The notes beneath the pieces were generated by a model. That model was given only the letters and a program-made list of their open reading frames with translations, was not told where the DNA came from and did no database searches. A program made the position numbers and the translations under genes. Below, piece after piece: positions 23,657 through 33,135 of a DNA stretch of 33,178 nt. The stretch comes from a virus. Taxonomy: Duplodnaviria > Caudoviricetes. How positions within the stretch are numbered: the stretch's first letter is position 1; every line of letters starts with the position of its first letter. The stretch covers positions 1 to 33,178 of the IMG/VR virus record IMGVR_UViG_3300032335_000836. The stretch is one strand, 5' to 3'.

Positions 23657-25030
23657 TTAGATGACGGCGTTAGCGTCGCCGACGGCGATGGTGAAGTCGA
23701 CGAACTCGACCGACTCCGCAAAGCGGATCGAGACGTCGGCGCTGATGCGGTTGTCGGCCGGGTCATTCCCGCCAGAGACGGAGACGACGTAGCCGGGGTC
23801 CACCTGGACGCCGCCTGAGACGCGCGGCTGGAGGTAGGCGGCGTAGCCGGACAGGAAGCCCGAGAGCTCCCCAGCGGCGGCCGAGTAGGTTGCGGCGGTG
23901 CCGGGCTGTCCGACGTAGGACTCCAGGATCACGCTGCCGCCATAGGCGAGAGCATTGATCATGTCCCGGTACTGCGCGGGCAGGAGGTTACGGCCCGACG
24001 CGGTGAGCGTCTGCCACGAGTAGAGGCGCGTCACACCGGCCACGGTGCGGACGACGCTGACCTTGGCTGTGTTCGCCGTTGCCCAATTCGCCGAGGTGAC
24101 GGCAATCTCAGGCTCAACGTCGACCACCTGGCGGGCGTAACGCTCGGCAAGTGCTGACTCGCCAATACCCACCGCGTGGGCGCGGGCGCGCAGGCCAGCG
24201 GCAAAGGCGGTCGGATCGACGAGGCGACCGGCTGTCGTGCCGTCGGGGATACGGACGTGCGGCCACACTAGGGCCGCGTGACTGGCGCCGGTGTAGGCGC
24301 TTGCCGTGGCCGCGGCCGACGCCGCCGTGCCGACCGCCGAGCCTGACGCCACGGTCAGAAGGGCGAGGCGGTCATTAGTCGAGGCGTGTGCGCAGAGCGC
24401 GGCGCCGGAGGTGCCATGTGCCACGCCCGGGGTCGCGATAGCGCCCGGTCCCAAGTCGGCCGGGATGGCGGCTAGGACGGTGGCCCACGCGACACCCGCG
24501 TAGTCGTCCGCGCCACCCGTAAGGCTGGCCGAGGAGACGTTACTGGAGGGCAGGGTGCCGGAGGAGGTGACGGCGACCGTGTCGCTGATTGACGCCTCGG
24601 CGAGGAGGGCGGCAGCGGTCGCGCCGACGTAGGTCTCGGTGCCGACGTCGGTGACGATGGTGAGGGTGTTAGTCGCCGAGGTGTAGGCGGCTGTAAAGGA
24701 GTTAGCGTAGGCGCCGACGCTGCGGGCCGTGACGACGATCTTGCCGCTGTCCATGCTCAGGCTCGCGGTAGCGGCGGCGCTTCCTGTCGCGCGGCAGACC
24801 ACGAGCTCGGCGACACCGGCGCGCAGGGCCAGCTCGGCGGCGTCGTACATGCTCACGCCGCCCGTGCGCGCTCCGAATGTGGCGATGTATTCGCGCATGG
24901 AGCGGATCACGGTCGGGGTCGTCGTGCCCTTCTGGGTCTGTCCGACGATGAAGAATCGCCCCGACACCGGCCCGGCTGTGGGAGGTGACGACGGCGAGGT
25001 ATTGACTGTAACGGAGACGCGGTCGCTCAT
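23657..25030 (-). CDS. Contractile tail sheath protein
   Basis: FIVGQTQKG...IRSMREYIATFG, LTGGADD, DRLALL, WPHVRI, P.AFAAG, C-terminal EFVDFTI. Confidence 0.9.
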   Translation of the reverse strand: MSDRVSVTVNTSPSSPPTAGPVSGRFFIVGQTQKGTTTPTVIRSMREYIATFGARTGGVSMYDAAELALRAGVAELVVCRATGSAAATASLSMDSGKIVVTARSVGAYANSFTAAYTSATNTLTIVTDVGTETYVGATAAALLAEASISDTVAVTSSGTLPSSNVSSASLTGGADDYAGVAWATVLAAIPADLGPGAIATPGVAHGTSGAALCAHASTNDRLALLTVASGSAVGTAASAAATASAYTGASHAALVWPHVRIPDGTTAGRLVDPTAFAAGLRARAHAVGIGESALAERYARQVVDVEPEIAVTSANWATANTAKVSVVRTVAGVTRLYSWQTLTASGRNLLPAQYRDMINALAYGGSVILESYVGQPGTAATYSAAAGELSGFLSGYAAYLQPRVSGGVQVDPGYVVSVSGGNDPADNRISADVSIRFAESVEFVDFTIAVGDANAVI

Positions 25031-25170
25031 CAGGAGCTCTCCTCAGACTCGGTGGGCTTGGCCTTGGCCTTGGAGGCGGTCGGCTTGGGGGACTCGACGA
25101 CGACCTCGGGGGCGTCCTCGACAACGGGGGCAGCACCGAGGGCGACCTCGGCGCGCGAGACTCGGCTCAC
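25030..25170 (-). CDS. 46-aa hypothetical protein
   Basis: GAGGAG RBS, GTG at 25170, TGATG overlap with the sheath start. Not in the ORF track. Confidence 0.55.
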   Translation of the reverse strand: MSRVSRAEVALGAAPVVEDAPEVVVESPKPTASKAKAKPTESEESS

Positions 25171-25187
25171 GGTGAGCTCTCCTCGGG

Positions 25188-25778
25188 CTAGTTGGGGGTG
25201 ATGTCGTCGGTGTCGCGGCTGTAGCCGGTGACGTCGACAGCCGACTCCTCTAGGGCGTCGGGGGCTGGGGAGGCTGCGAGCGTCTCCATGAGAGCGACTC
25301 GGAGCGTGATCTGTCCGGCCGACAGGGGTCGGCTCCGCAAGTCCTGAGTCGCCGCGCCCGTGTCCTCGGTGAGGTCAGCCGTGCTGATCTCCATGTCTGC
25401 GGGGAGATTGGCTCGGCCAAGCAGGGACTCGCGCACGGCCAGAAGGAGGCGGTCGCGGTCGACGCTGGCGGCCTCATCGCCCCCGGCGACGTCGGTGCGG
25501 CAGGCGACGACGATGCGGACGTCATAGGTGACGATGAAGTCCGCGGCGTCGCCTGCGGCGTAGACGGATTGCTTGCGGATTGTCGGGGCCGCTGTGGACG
25601 TGATCAAGATGGCGGGGTAGAGATTGGGGTCGACGGGCAGGCGGTCGGCCAAGGAGTAGGACGCGGGTGCCGCTGGGGTGGTCACCGTGAGAGCTGTCTT
25701 GATCGCTGCGAGGCGCGTCGGGACGGTCGCCTGGAGGTGGGTGCGAATCTGCGCGCGGGCATACTCGTGGCCCCTCAT
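25188..25778 (-). CDS. Tail terminator/completion protein
   Basis: Synteny before the sheath and YPAILI motif. Confidence 0.65.
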   Translation of the reverse strand: MRGHEYARAQIRTHLQATVPTRLAAIKTALTVTTPAAPASYSLADRLPVDPNLYPAILITSTAAPTIRKQSVYAAGDAADFIVTYDVRIVVACRTDVAGGDEAASVDRDRLLLAVRESLLGRANLPADMEISTADLTEDTGAATQDLRSRPLSAGQITLRVALMETLAASPAPDALEESAVDVTGYSRDTDDITPN

Positions 25779-26215
25779 GCGAGCTCCTCGCGTACCTTCT
25801 CGGCGACGACCTCAAGCCACGCCCGGCGTAGATCGGTCGACAGCGGGGGGACGGGACGCCGCTCTGGGACGCCTGCGCCGCGCGCGTGCCAATGGGCGTA
25901 CGTCACGTCTGAGTGACGGACGCCGAACTTGGCGTAGAGCGGTGTCGCCTCTACGGGGATCGGCGAGGTGGCTGCCTGCATGAGTGCGCCCGTCTCCACG
26001 AGGACGCGGGCGCTGCCCTTCTTGATGATGGTCGCGCGCTCTAGCGGCTGCCAATTGAAGCCCGACGCGAAGACGTCGCGCTGTTGCGCGGCAAACAGCT
26101 CCCCAACTTTGGGCCACAGGGGAGTCATGTCGCGGGCAAGCTTGGAGACGCGGTCGACCTTCTCCTCTATGCGAGCGATCCCCGCGTCTAGTCCTGAGGT
26201 ATCGACGTCGAACAT
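25775..26215 (-). CDS. Virion morphogenesis protein (Mu gpG-like)
   Basis: DMTPLW...WQPL...LVETGAL...YAHWH..G..VPER. Confidence 0.82.
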   Translation of the reverse strand: MFDVDTSGLDAGIARIEEKVDRVSKLARDMTPLWPKVGELFAAQQRDVFASGFNWQPLERATIIKKGSARVLVETGALMQAATSPIPVEATPLYAKFGVRHSDVTYAHWHARGAGVPERRPVPPLSTDLRRAWLEVVAEKVREELA

Positions 26216-26799
26216 CAGCCGACGACGTCCATGCGGACGAGCGGCTGGAGCATGGCGCGCTCGTCGGCGGTTAGAAGGCGCACGAGGTCGGGGGTGCTCT
26301 GGTAGTTCAGCGCCTCCGGCCCGGTGTAGGAGGTGCGGCTGTCGGGGTTAGTCCACAGCCGAGCGGCTACTCGGACGGCCACCGCACGGGCAGCCTCGAC
26401 GCGGTAGTCCGTGGAGGGGTAGCCGGAGACGTAGACGACGGCGGCCGTGGTGCCGTTGGGGTATCCGCTGGGCAGAAGGATGGAGCCGTCCGCGCGCAGG
26501 GTGTAGCCGTTGACGGCTAGCCCATTGATCGTGATGGACGTGATGGAGATGACCGGGGTCATGGGCAAGAGGATCGTGTCGAGGAGGTGGCGGTCTACTA
26601 GTCCGCGGACGACGTAATCCATGCTGGACGTGAGAGTCACCGTCACGGTCTCGGTCGTCTGTGTGATCTTGCGGCGAACGTAGGCGCGTACGAGCGCGGT
26701 CGCCCGGTCGCACGCGGCCTGGGCCTGGGTCGTCACCGCCCCAGCGGGGATCGTGAGTTGAGTAAAGGACGCCAGCTCGGACGTCGTGACGAGGCTCAT
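26215..26799 (-). CDS. Head-to-tail adaptor
   Basis: LVTTSEL...ATALVRAY...PVISITSI...VYVSGY...NP. Confidence 0.78.
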   Translation of the reverse strand: MSLVTTSELASFTQLTIPAGAVTTQAQAACDRATALVRAYVRRKITQTTETVTVTLTSSMDYVVRGLVDRHLLDTILLPMTPVISITSITINGLAVNGYTLRADGSILLPSGYPNGTTAAVVYVSGYPSTDYRVEAARAVAVRVAARLWTNPDSRTSYTGPEALNYQSTPDLVRLLTADERAMLQPLVRMDVVG

Positions 26800-27005
26800 G
26801 CGCTCGCCTTACGCCCCCGCGTCGGCTTCGGTGCGACAGCCTTCTCGGGCGTGGGCGCCTGCGCGGTTGCCGGTGCGGCGGGTGCCCTGTGGCCGAGCGC
26901 GGCGAGCTGCTCGTCGACAGCCTTGATGCGGTCGGACAGTCCGCGGGCGACGTAGCCGCGGCGCTCTGCTAGCAGGGCGGCGATGGTCTCATCTTGCGCG
27001 CTCAT
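26796..27005 (-). CDS. Hypothetical protein (69 aa)
   Basis: IAALLAERRGY...AVDEQLAALG. GGAGGAG RBS. Confidence 0.7.
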   Translation of the reverse strand: MSAQDETIAALLAERRGYVARGLSDRIKAVDEQLAALGHRAPAAPATAQAPTPEKAVAPKPTRGRKASA

Positions 27006-27699
27006 GGGCGTGCTCCTCCATGTGTCGCGCGTGATGCGCGTCCGTCAGGGTGTACGTCTTGAGGTGGGGCAGGATCGCCCCGGTGTGCGCGTGAATGGGC
27101 ACACCGGCCGCGCCTAGGCGGCGCATAAAGGACAAGTCCTCGGAGTACCAGTCGTCCCCTACGGGGCCGTCAATGAAGAAGCACCACCGCGGGGACATGC
27201 CCTCGGGGCGCATCTCGCGCACCTTCTCTAGTGCAGAGCGGTGCATTAGTAGGCAGCCGCCCCCAGTCGCGTCTACGCGGATAAGCCGGTCGCGCGGGTA
27301 GTCATGGAGGGGGGCGTACTGGCCGGTGTCGGACTGCTTGTAGATGGCAGGGACGGGCGTGGGGTAGAGGTTGCCGGGCGTGGGCGGGTAGGCCGCAAAG
27401 CACAGCGCCGATACGACGGGGACACTCACATCGTGCGCCGCGTCAATCAACCGGTCAAAGGACGCGACGGGGATGCGGTGATCGGTGTCGATCATCAGAA
27501 GCCACGGCGTATCTGTGTTGTCGAGAAATTGCGAGACGAGCTCGTTGCGCTGACGGGACAACAGGTGCCCGCCCACTCGGAGGAGACCGTCTATGCGCGA
27601 CGTCCGGCCGAGAGTGATGGTGGCAAGGTCCGCAGCGAACTGCGCCTCGACCTGGCCTCCGTCAATCCATCCGACGTAGACCTTGTCCTTAGTTCGCAC
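26989..27699 (-). CDS. GT-A fold (family 2-like) glycosyltransferase
   Basis: RQRNELV, WLLMIDTD (DxD), DATGGGCLLMHR, SEDLSF and H.K motifs. Confidence 0.85.
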   Translation of the reverse strand: MRTKDKVYVGWIDGGQVEAQFAADLATITLGRTSRIDGLLRVGGHLLSRQRNELVSQFLDNTDTPWLLMIDTDHRIPVASFDRLIDAAHDVSVPVVSALCFAAYPPTPGNLYPTPVPAIYKQSDTGQYAPLHDYPRDRLIRVDATGGGCLLMHRSALEKVREMRPEGMSPRWCFFIDGPVGDDWYSEDLSFMRRLGAAGVPIHAHTGAILPHLKTYTLTDAHHARHMEEHAHERAR

Positions 27700-27734
27700 G
27701 ACGCCCTCCCCAGGGTCCGCGATGTGTCCCCATG

Positions 27735-27769
27735 CCTCGGCCCCGCCTGGGTTACAGACGGGGCCGAGG
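27735..27769 (-). terminator. Stem-loop after the capsid gene
   Basis: CCTCGGCCCCG (27735-45) and CGGGGCCGAGG (27759-69), stem extendable to about 15 bp. No U tract. Confidence 0.6.
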
Positions 27770-27801
27770 GGGGTGCGCTGCTATTCAGTTGTGGGGTAAA
27801 T

Positions 27802-29694
27802 CTAGAAGCTCGGCGTGCTGAGACCAGTCCCAGAAATGGTCCCATGCGCTGCCGGGTTACGCGATGCCGTGAAGGCCGTGAACCCAAATGCCGCGATGGT
27901 CACGCCGAGCGAGCTGGCCTGATCGACGCGGATGAACAGCGGCGAGCCCGCGTCCTCCCACAGGTGAAGCTCTCCAGCGGTGACGCCGTAGATGGTGTCC
28001 TGATCCGTGGACGTGGTCGTGGCGATGTTCGCGTCAAGCACGACCGGGACGCCTGCGATGTTGCCGACGACGCCGCCGTAGGACGGTGCGCCGAACTGGC
28101 CGCCCGCGCCCTGCGGGTTGGTGTTGATCTGGAGGAACGGCTGCGACGTACCGACAGCCGCTGCCATGAATGACCACCGGCGAGGGTGCATCAGGAAGTG
28201 AGAGATTCCACCGAAGTAGCCGCTCTGGACCTTCTGGATCAGGTCAAAGAGCTTGGGGTAGAGCTCGGCCACGGTCGGCGTCGAGTCCGTGTAGGTGACG
28301 GACTGGATATTAGAGGTGTTGAGAATGCCGCGGTGCTGGCCGCTGGAGCCGCTGCCGCCAATGATCTGCGAGTCGAGTGCGGTGTTGTAGGCAGACACGA
28401 GGTCGCGAATGATGATCTGCTCGGTGCCACGGCCACGCGAGAGCGCCTGTACGGACACGGTCTGCTGACCGGCAATGGTGACGACCGGCACGGACAGCGT
28501 GGTCTCGTCCAGGTCGGTCTCGGATACGGCGGCGTTCTGGGTTGCCTGCACGGCCGCCGAGGTGCCCGTGGTGATGCGGGGGATCTCGACGGTCATGCCC
28601 TCGGCGGGCAGGGGCATGAGGTTACAGATGTCGGCCGTGGGGCGACCGGCGCGCGCCAGCGGGGCCGCGAGGTCGGTGAGGTACTGCGGCACGACGAGGG
28701 CGCCGAGTGCCGATGTGCCGATGGCGCGCGCCTCCAGTCCCGAGCCGCGCTCCACGCGCTCCTCGGACTGATGCTTAGAGAGACGCTGTGCGGCGTCCAT
28801 GTCGCCGAAGGTGCGAGCGACGACGTCGTGGATGAAGGACACCCCACGCTTGTCGGCGTCGGGGTTGTAGGTGCGCTCCTCGCGGGTGACGCGAGCAACG
28901 TCGCCGTAGGCGCGAGCCTCGGCGGTGGCGGTAGCGCGGCTCTCAAGGTTCGCGATGCGAGCCTCCAGGTCGGCGCGAGCCTCGACGGCTGCGATGCGCG
29001 ACTCAAGCTCTGCGGAGGTGCTCTCCTCGGATCGCGCCTCGACCGCGGGCTCGACGATGTCGTGATCTGACATGCGTGATTCTCCAGTCTCGGATGGGGT
29101 GGGCGTTCCGAGGTCGGCCTCCACCTCAGGCGCAACGTCGTCGCGGTCCTCGGTCTCGGTCTGCTCGGATGTAGCCGAGGCGTCTCTCGCCTCGACTAGG
29201 TCTAGGGCGTCACTCTTGAGAGCGACGGATGTGGCGTCGTACCAGGGTCGGACGACCACGCTGGCATCCACGAGCTGTACGTCTCTCAGCTCGCGAAGTC
29301 GTGACTCGGGGTCGTAGTAGTCCTCACGGGTGAAAAAAGCGAAGGACATTTTCGACACATCACCCCTGCGGAGGCTACTGACCACCGACATTACGAAAGG
29401 AGATGTCATGTCAAGAGACGGCACATCTACGAGAAGGCCGTTGTCATCCACCGACAGCGACATGGTGCCGCCGCGCGTGGATGCCAGAGGGATGCCGTCG
29501 TGATTAAACAGAAGCTCAACGGCATCGCCCTCGGCTAGGGATCGGTCGAAGGCGCCACGCTTGACGACCTCGCCGTGGGCGGGGGCATCGAATACGGCCG
29601 CGTAGCCGCGCAGGCCCACGGAGCCATCCGGCTCCTCGCGGACCTCCCAGCGGGCGTCCGCGGTGCGGCGCTCAAGGTTAGGGACGTCTGTCAT
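27802..29694 (-). CDS. Fused HK97-type prohead protease plus major capsid protein
   Basis: N-terminal LRGYAAVF, LLFNHD, KMSFAF, SVVVRPWY. C-terminal GALVVPQYL, IPRIT, FLMHPRRW, IAGVPVVLD. No intervening stop. Confidence 0.93.
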   Translation of the reverse strand: MTDVPNLERRTADARWEVREEPDGSVGLRGYAAVFDAPAHGEVVKRGAFDRSLAEGDAVELLFNHDGIPLASTRGGTMSLSVDDNGLLVDVPSLDMTSPFVMSVVSSLRRGDVSKMSFAFFTREDYYDPESRLRELRDVQLVDASVVVRPWYDATSVALKSDALDLVEARDASATSEQTETEDRDDVAPEVEADLGTPTPSETGESRMSDHDIVEPAVEARSEESTSAELESRIAAVEARADLEARIANLESRATATAEARAYGDVARVTREERTYNPDADKRGVSFIHDVVARTFGDMDAAQRLSKHQSEERVERGSGLEARAIGTSALGALVVPQYLTDLAAPLARAGRPTADICNLMPLPAEGMTVEIPRITTGTSAAVQATQNAAVSETDLDETTLSVPVVTIAGQQTVSVQALSRGRGTEQIIIRDLVSAYNTALDSQIIGGSGSSGQHRGILNTSNIQSVTYTDSTPTVAELYPKLFDLIQKVQSGYFGGISHFLMHPRRWSFMAAAVGTSQPFLQINTNPQGAGGQFGAPSYGGVVGNIAGVPVVLDANIATTTSTDQDTIYGVTAGELHLWEDAGSPLFIRVDQASSLGVTIAAFGFTAFTASRNPAAHGTISGTGLSTPSF

Positions 29695-31106
29695 GCGTTG
29701 TCCTCATCGGTGTCGGGTAGATCGGCGTCCGCGTCGGCGTCGGCGTCCGCGTCTGCGGACGGGTCAACCTCGGCGGCGGGATCGTCGGGTGTTTCCCCGG
29801 TGTCTGCCGTGGGCATCGGTGGCAGATTGGCGAATACGTCCTCGGGTGTGAGGGTGGCGAGTGGCAGACCGGCGCGCCGCAGAATCTCGCGGGCCTCGTC
29901 GACCGTGACCACCTTGCCGACGGACAGGTACAGGCGTCGCGCCACCTCGGCCATGTCGGTCGGCGACAGGGTCTCCTCGGACGGCGTCAGCGGCGGCAAG
30001 TCCTCTAGGGCGCGCATCTCCTCCACCGTCAGCGGCATCGCGCCATCGGTCATCTGCGAGATGCGGGCACTGGCCTCGTAGACGGCGTAGCGGGTCTGAA
30101 TGTCGGCGCGCAGGAGGCCTCCTGTTCGGAAGCGGAGCGCATGGTCGGGAGGCAGGAGCGCGGTCAGCGCCTCCTCGACGCGGGCCAGCCACGGGGACAG
30201 CGTGAAGGTAAGGAAGTCCTGCACGCGCTGCTCGCGGTTGGCGTAGGTCACCGAGGAGCCCGACGAGGCAAGGCCGATCATCTCGGCCTGGACGCCAAAG
30301 AGGCGGCAGACGTTCTCCCCGCTCATGCGGAAGGTCTCAAGAAAAGCAGACTCGCCAGGGGACACCGAGATCGGTGTGTAGGCGACACCGGCACCGAGGA
30401 CCGCAGGCTCGCGCTTGCCAGCCACGGCGGCCATGAATCGGGCCTTTAGCTCTTGGGCTTGCTCGCGCGTAATCGCCTGATCGGTGGACAGCACCGCCGA
30501 AGGGACAGCGCCATCGGTGAAGAATCGCGCGCCCCATTCCTCGGACGCGAGGCCCGAGCCGATGGTCGTGCGCGCATAGTCGAGCACCGACAGCCCGAAG
30601 GGGGAGCCGGGCACGGTGAAGGCGGGGACGTGAATCGCGTCACCGAAGGGCCAGAGCTGATGATCCTGTCCGTCCCAAGACAGCCGCACGCGGCCCTCCT
30701 CGACGCGGCCCGCCACCTTGTCCGGGTGGACAAGCTCAATCGCGACGGGGTATCCGGCGCGGTCGACCTGAGTGATGAGGCCGTAGGCGTTGCCGCGCAG
30801 GAGCAGAGACACGATGAGCTGGTCGCGCCAAGTGATCGGCGACACCACGGCCGACGGCGCTGAGATGAGGGGGAGCGACACCTCCTCGCGCGTGCCGCGA
30901 GTAGTCCGCACGACGTCCACGGGCAGGGTCGATACCGTGCCAGCGATCAGTCGGACGCACGCCCAGACGGCAGCGTGGCGCATCGCCTGATCCGACGAGA
31001 TGTCGAGAAGCGACCCTACGCGGGCGTTGCGGTAGTCGGCCATCATTGCCGAGACGTCGCCCGTGACATGGCGCACCTCGGGCGCGCGTCGCTTGAACAG
31101 GCTCAC
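29691..31106 (-). CDS. HK97-family portal protein
   Basis: AVWACVRLIA...LP, LLLRGNAY, GLSVL, FFTDGAVPS, TLSPWLARVE, LTVEEMRALEDLPP. Confidence 0.96.
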   Translation of the reverse strand: MSLFKRRAPEVRHVTGDVSAMMADYRNARVGSLLDISSDQAMRHAAVWACVRLIAGTVSTLPVDVVRTTRGTREEVSLPLISAPSAVVSPITWRDQLIVSLLLRGNAYGLITQVDRAGYPVAIELVHPDKVAGRVEEGRVRLSWDGQDHQLWPFGDAIHVPAFTVPGSPFGLSVLDYARTTIGSGLASEEWGARFFTDGAVPSAVLSTDQAITREQAQELKARFMAAVAGKREPAVLGAGVAYTPISVSPGESAFLETFRMSGENVCRLFGVQAEMIGLASSGSSVTYANREQRVQDFLTFTLSPWLARVEEALTALLPPDHALRFRTGGLLRADIQTRYAVYEASARISQMTDGAMPLTVEEMRALEDLPPLTPSEETLSPTDMAEVARRLYLSVGKVVTVDEAREILRRAGLPLATLTPEDVFANLPPMPTADTGETPDDPAAEVDPSADADADADADADLPDTDEDNA

Positions 31107-31237
31107 AGGTCACGTCCCAAGAGGTAGCCGAGCAGGATGCAAGACACGCCAGCGACGGCGATCCCGAGCGGGATAGCCACGAGCGCGGCGGCGGTCACAA
31201 TGAGGGCGAAGCCTGCGAGCTCTAGCGCGGTGCTCAT
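31103..31237 (-). CDS. 44-aa membrane protein between terminase and portal
   Basis: AGGAG RBS, almost entirely hydrophobic, GTGA overlap with the portal. Not in the ORF track. Confidence 0.7.
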   Translation of the reverse strand: MSTALELAGFALIVTAAALVAIPLGIAVAGVSCILLGYLLGRDL

Positions 31238-31250
31238 CAGCGGGCTCCTC

Positions 31251-32714
31251 TCACCAGACAGAGTCAGTAACGTCGACAGCCTCGGGCTCTGCGGCCCAGG
31301 CGTAATAGGCCGAGGTCACGGCCACGAGTGGCGCGACGTCGACCGGGGACTTGCGGCGATCCCACGCCCACGCATCCCCGAGCGGTCGGACAACGGCGAG
31401 CGCCACCGCGTCGTCCAAAGGCTGCTGTCCCATGTGGATCAGCGGCCCCGACGTCGCGGCATCGAAGAACGCGCCACACGACCGGCCTAGGTCAGGACCG
31501 GCGATGGGGAGTGCGAGGTCACCGATGGCGGCGCGGAAGTCTTCTAGGAGTGATGAGACCGGGGCGCCGGACGCTTGGAAGGCGACGGCAATGGGCTCGT
31601 ATTGCTCAACCCGCTCGCCGATCCAATCGACCACCCACTCCGTCCCAGGGCGGGTCGCGGCGATCTCGACGTGCGGTCGACCGTCGGGCCGTGTCCCGCA
31701 GACGGCGACCCAAGACACCGAGCGATCCCAGGAGACGTCCACGGCAAAGGCCAGGCGCTCGCCGAGGACTACATGCGACTCAGGATCGCGGCGCTCGGTC
31801 CATGCCTCGGCCGGGATGATCGCGCCATCGCCAAGGGCTGGCGGGTCCTCCCACCACCCCAGTCGCTCGCGAGCGAACTCCTTAGGAGGTAGTGCCCTGC
31901 GCTCCGCTGCCAGATAATCGACGCTTATCCTGCGGCCGAGTGCCGGGTTAGCCGCGTGCCACATGGCGACGTCGTCAAGCTGACAGCCCGCGGTCCCCGC
32001 CTTGTGATCGCACTCAGGGCGAGCGCAGCCACCGGGCTCGGTGCTCCACTCTAGGTAGACGAGCGACGGGTCGCCCCCCGCTCGGCCGCGGTCGCGGATG
32101 TTGCGGAGGACGTCGGACTCGCGCAGTCCAGCGGAGGAGCCGTAGCGGACATGAGGGTCCGGCCGAGCCGACAGCGTCGGCAGGAGCGAGCCCATCATCG
32201 TCGGCGTCAGGAACAGAGCCTCGTCGAGGACGACTGTCGAGCCGCCGAGCCCCCGGCCTCCCCCGCTAGTTCTCGCGAGGAAGTCCAGCCGGGCACCTGA
32301 CAGGAGCTCGATACCCTCCTCGCCGTTAGCGGTCCTGACCTTCTTGACGCGCTTGCGTAGGTGGTCGTAGTTGTCCACGAGGGCGTGAATGTCGCGGAAG
32401 GCTTCCTGGGTCGTGCGGAATCGGTGCGCGGTCCACACGACGAGGTCGACGTCGCGGACGTACAGGTCATAGAGGACGCTCATCTCTAGCGTCCAGGTCT
32501 TCAAGTTCTGACGGCCGCAGATGATCGCGGCCTCTAGCGACGCCCACTTACCGTCAGCGCGTTCAGACAGGACCGCCTCTAGAGCGAGCTGCTCCTCGGC
32601 GTCCGGCTCCTGACCGATGGACCGGGCGAGGTCGGCGGCCTCGCGGCCTGCCGATGACGCGGTGTGCTCAGGCACCCAGAAGTGGGCCGGGCGGGTGATC
32701 GGATCAGCCTGCAC
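31251..32714 (-). CDS. terL: Terminase large subunit
   Basis: Walker A-like GRQNLKT, Walker B VVLDEA, ANPALG, FARERLG and nuclease FAVDVS. Start taken at GTG 32714. Confidence 0.95.
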   Translation of the reverse strand: MQADPITRPAHFWVPEHTASSAGREAADLARSIGQEPDAEEQLALEAVLSERADGKWASLEAAIICGRQNLKTWTLEMSVLYDLYVRDVDLVVWTAHRFRTTQEAFRDIHALVDNYDHLRKRVKKVRTANGEEGIELLSGARLDFLARTSGGGRGLGGSTVVLDEALFLTPTMMGSLLPTLSARPDPHVRYGSSAGLRESDVLRNIRDRGRAGGDPSLVYLEWSTEPGGCARPECDHKAGTAGCQLDDVAMWHAANPALGRRISVDYLAAERRALPPKEFARERLGWWEDPPALGDGAIIPAEAWTERRDPESHVVLGERLAFAVDVSWDRSVSWVAVCGTRPDGRPHVEIAATRPGTEWVVDWIGERVEQYEPIAVAFQASGAPVSSLLEDFRAAIGDLALPIAGPDLGRSCGAFFDAATSGPLIHMGQQPLDDAVALAVVRPLGDAWAWDRRKSPVDVAPLVAVTSAYYAWAAEPEAVDVTDSVW

Positions 32715-33135
32715 GGCGAGCCTCGCGCTTGGCGCGCAGCTCGTCCAAGGCGTCCCCGGCCTGCGCGACGTTAGCCGTGGCCTCGGCCATCGCCGCCCGC
32801 ATCTCACGAGTCAGCGCGGCCAGACCCGAGGAGGACTCGGCGCCCGCGTCGATCCGGGAGGCGAGGGCGACAGCGGCCTGACCGGCCGACGTATTGAGCC
32901 GACCCGCGTCGGTGAGCTCTGTGATTACGGCGCCGAGGGTGCCGATGGGGGAGTCGGGCTCGACCTGGGCGTCGGCCTTGGGCTTGCGGGTGCGCTTGGG
33001 CTTGGCCGCGATTGACTCAGGCTGGCCCGTCGCGCGAGCCCGCGTCGCTTGGGTCCGGCACTTGACCGAGCAGAAGCGGCCGCGCTTAGAGGCCGGGGCG
33101 AACGTCTGGCCGCAGCGGTCACAGTCGCGCTCCAT
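32704..33135 (-). CDS. terS: Terminase small subunit with N-terminal Zn finger
   Basis: CDRCG...FCSVKCR, LASRID, DALDELRAKREAR. GGAGG RBS. Overlaps terL. Confidence 0.85.
   Translation of the reverse strand: MERDCDRCGQTFAPASKRGRFCSVKCRTQATRARATGQPESIAAKPKRTRKPKADAQVEPDSPIGTLGAVITELTDAGRLNTSAGQAAVALASRIDAGAESSSGLAALTREMRAAMAEATANVAQAGDALDELRAKREARRAG

Noticed and set aside
27304-29070. Long plus-strand ORFs (289 aa, 294 aa), and similar ones at 2691, 18509 and 21495
   Set aside because: Antisense shadows of well-supported minus-strand genes, as expected in high-GC DNA. No recognisable motifs.
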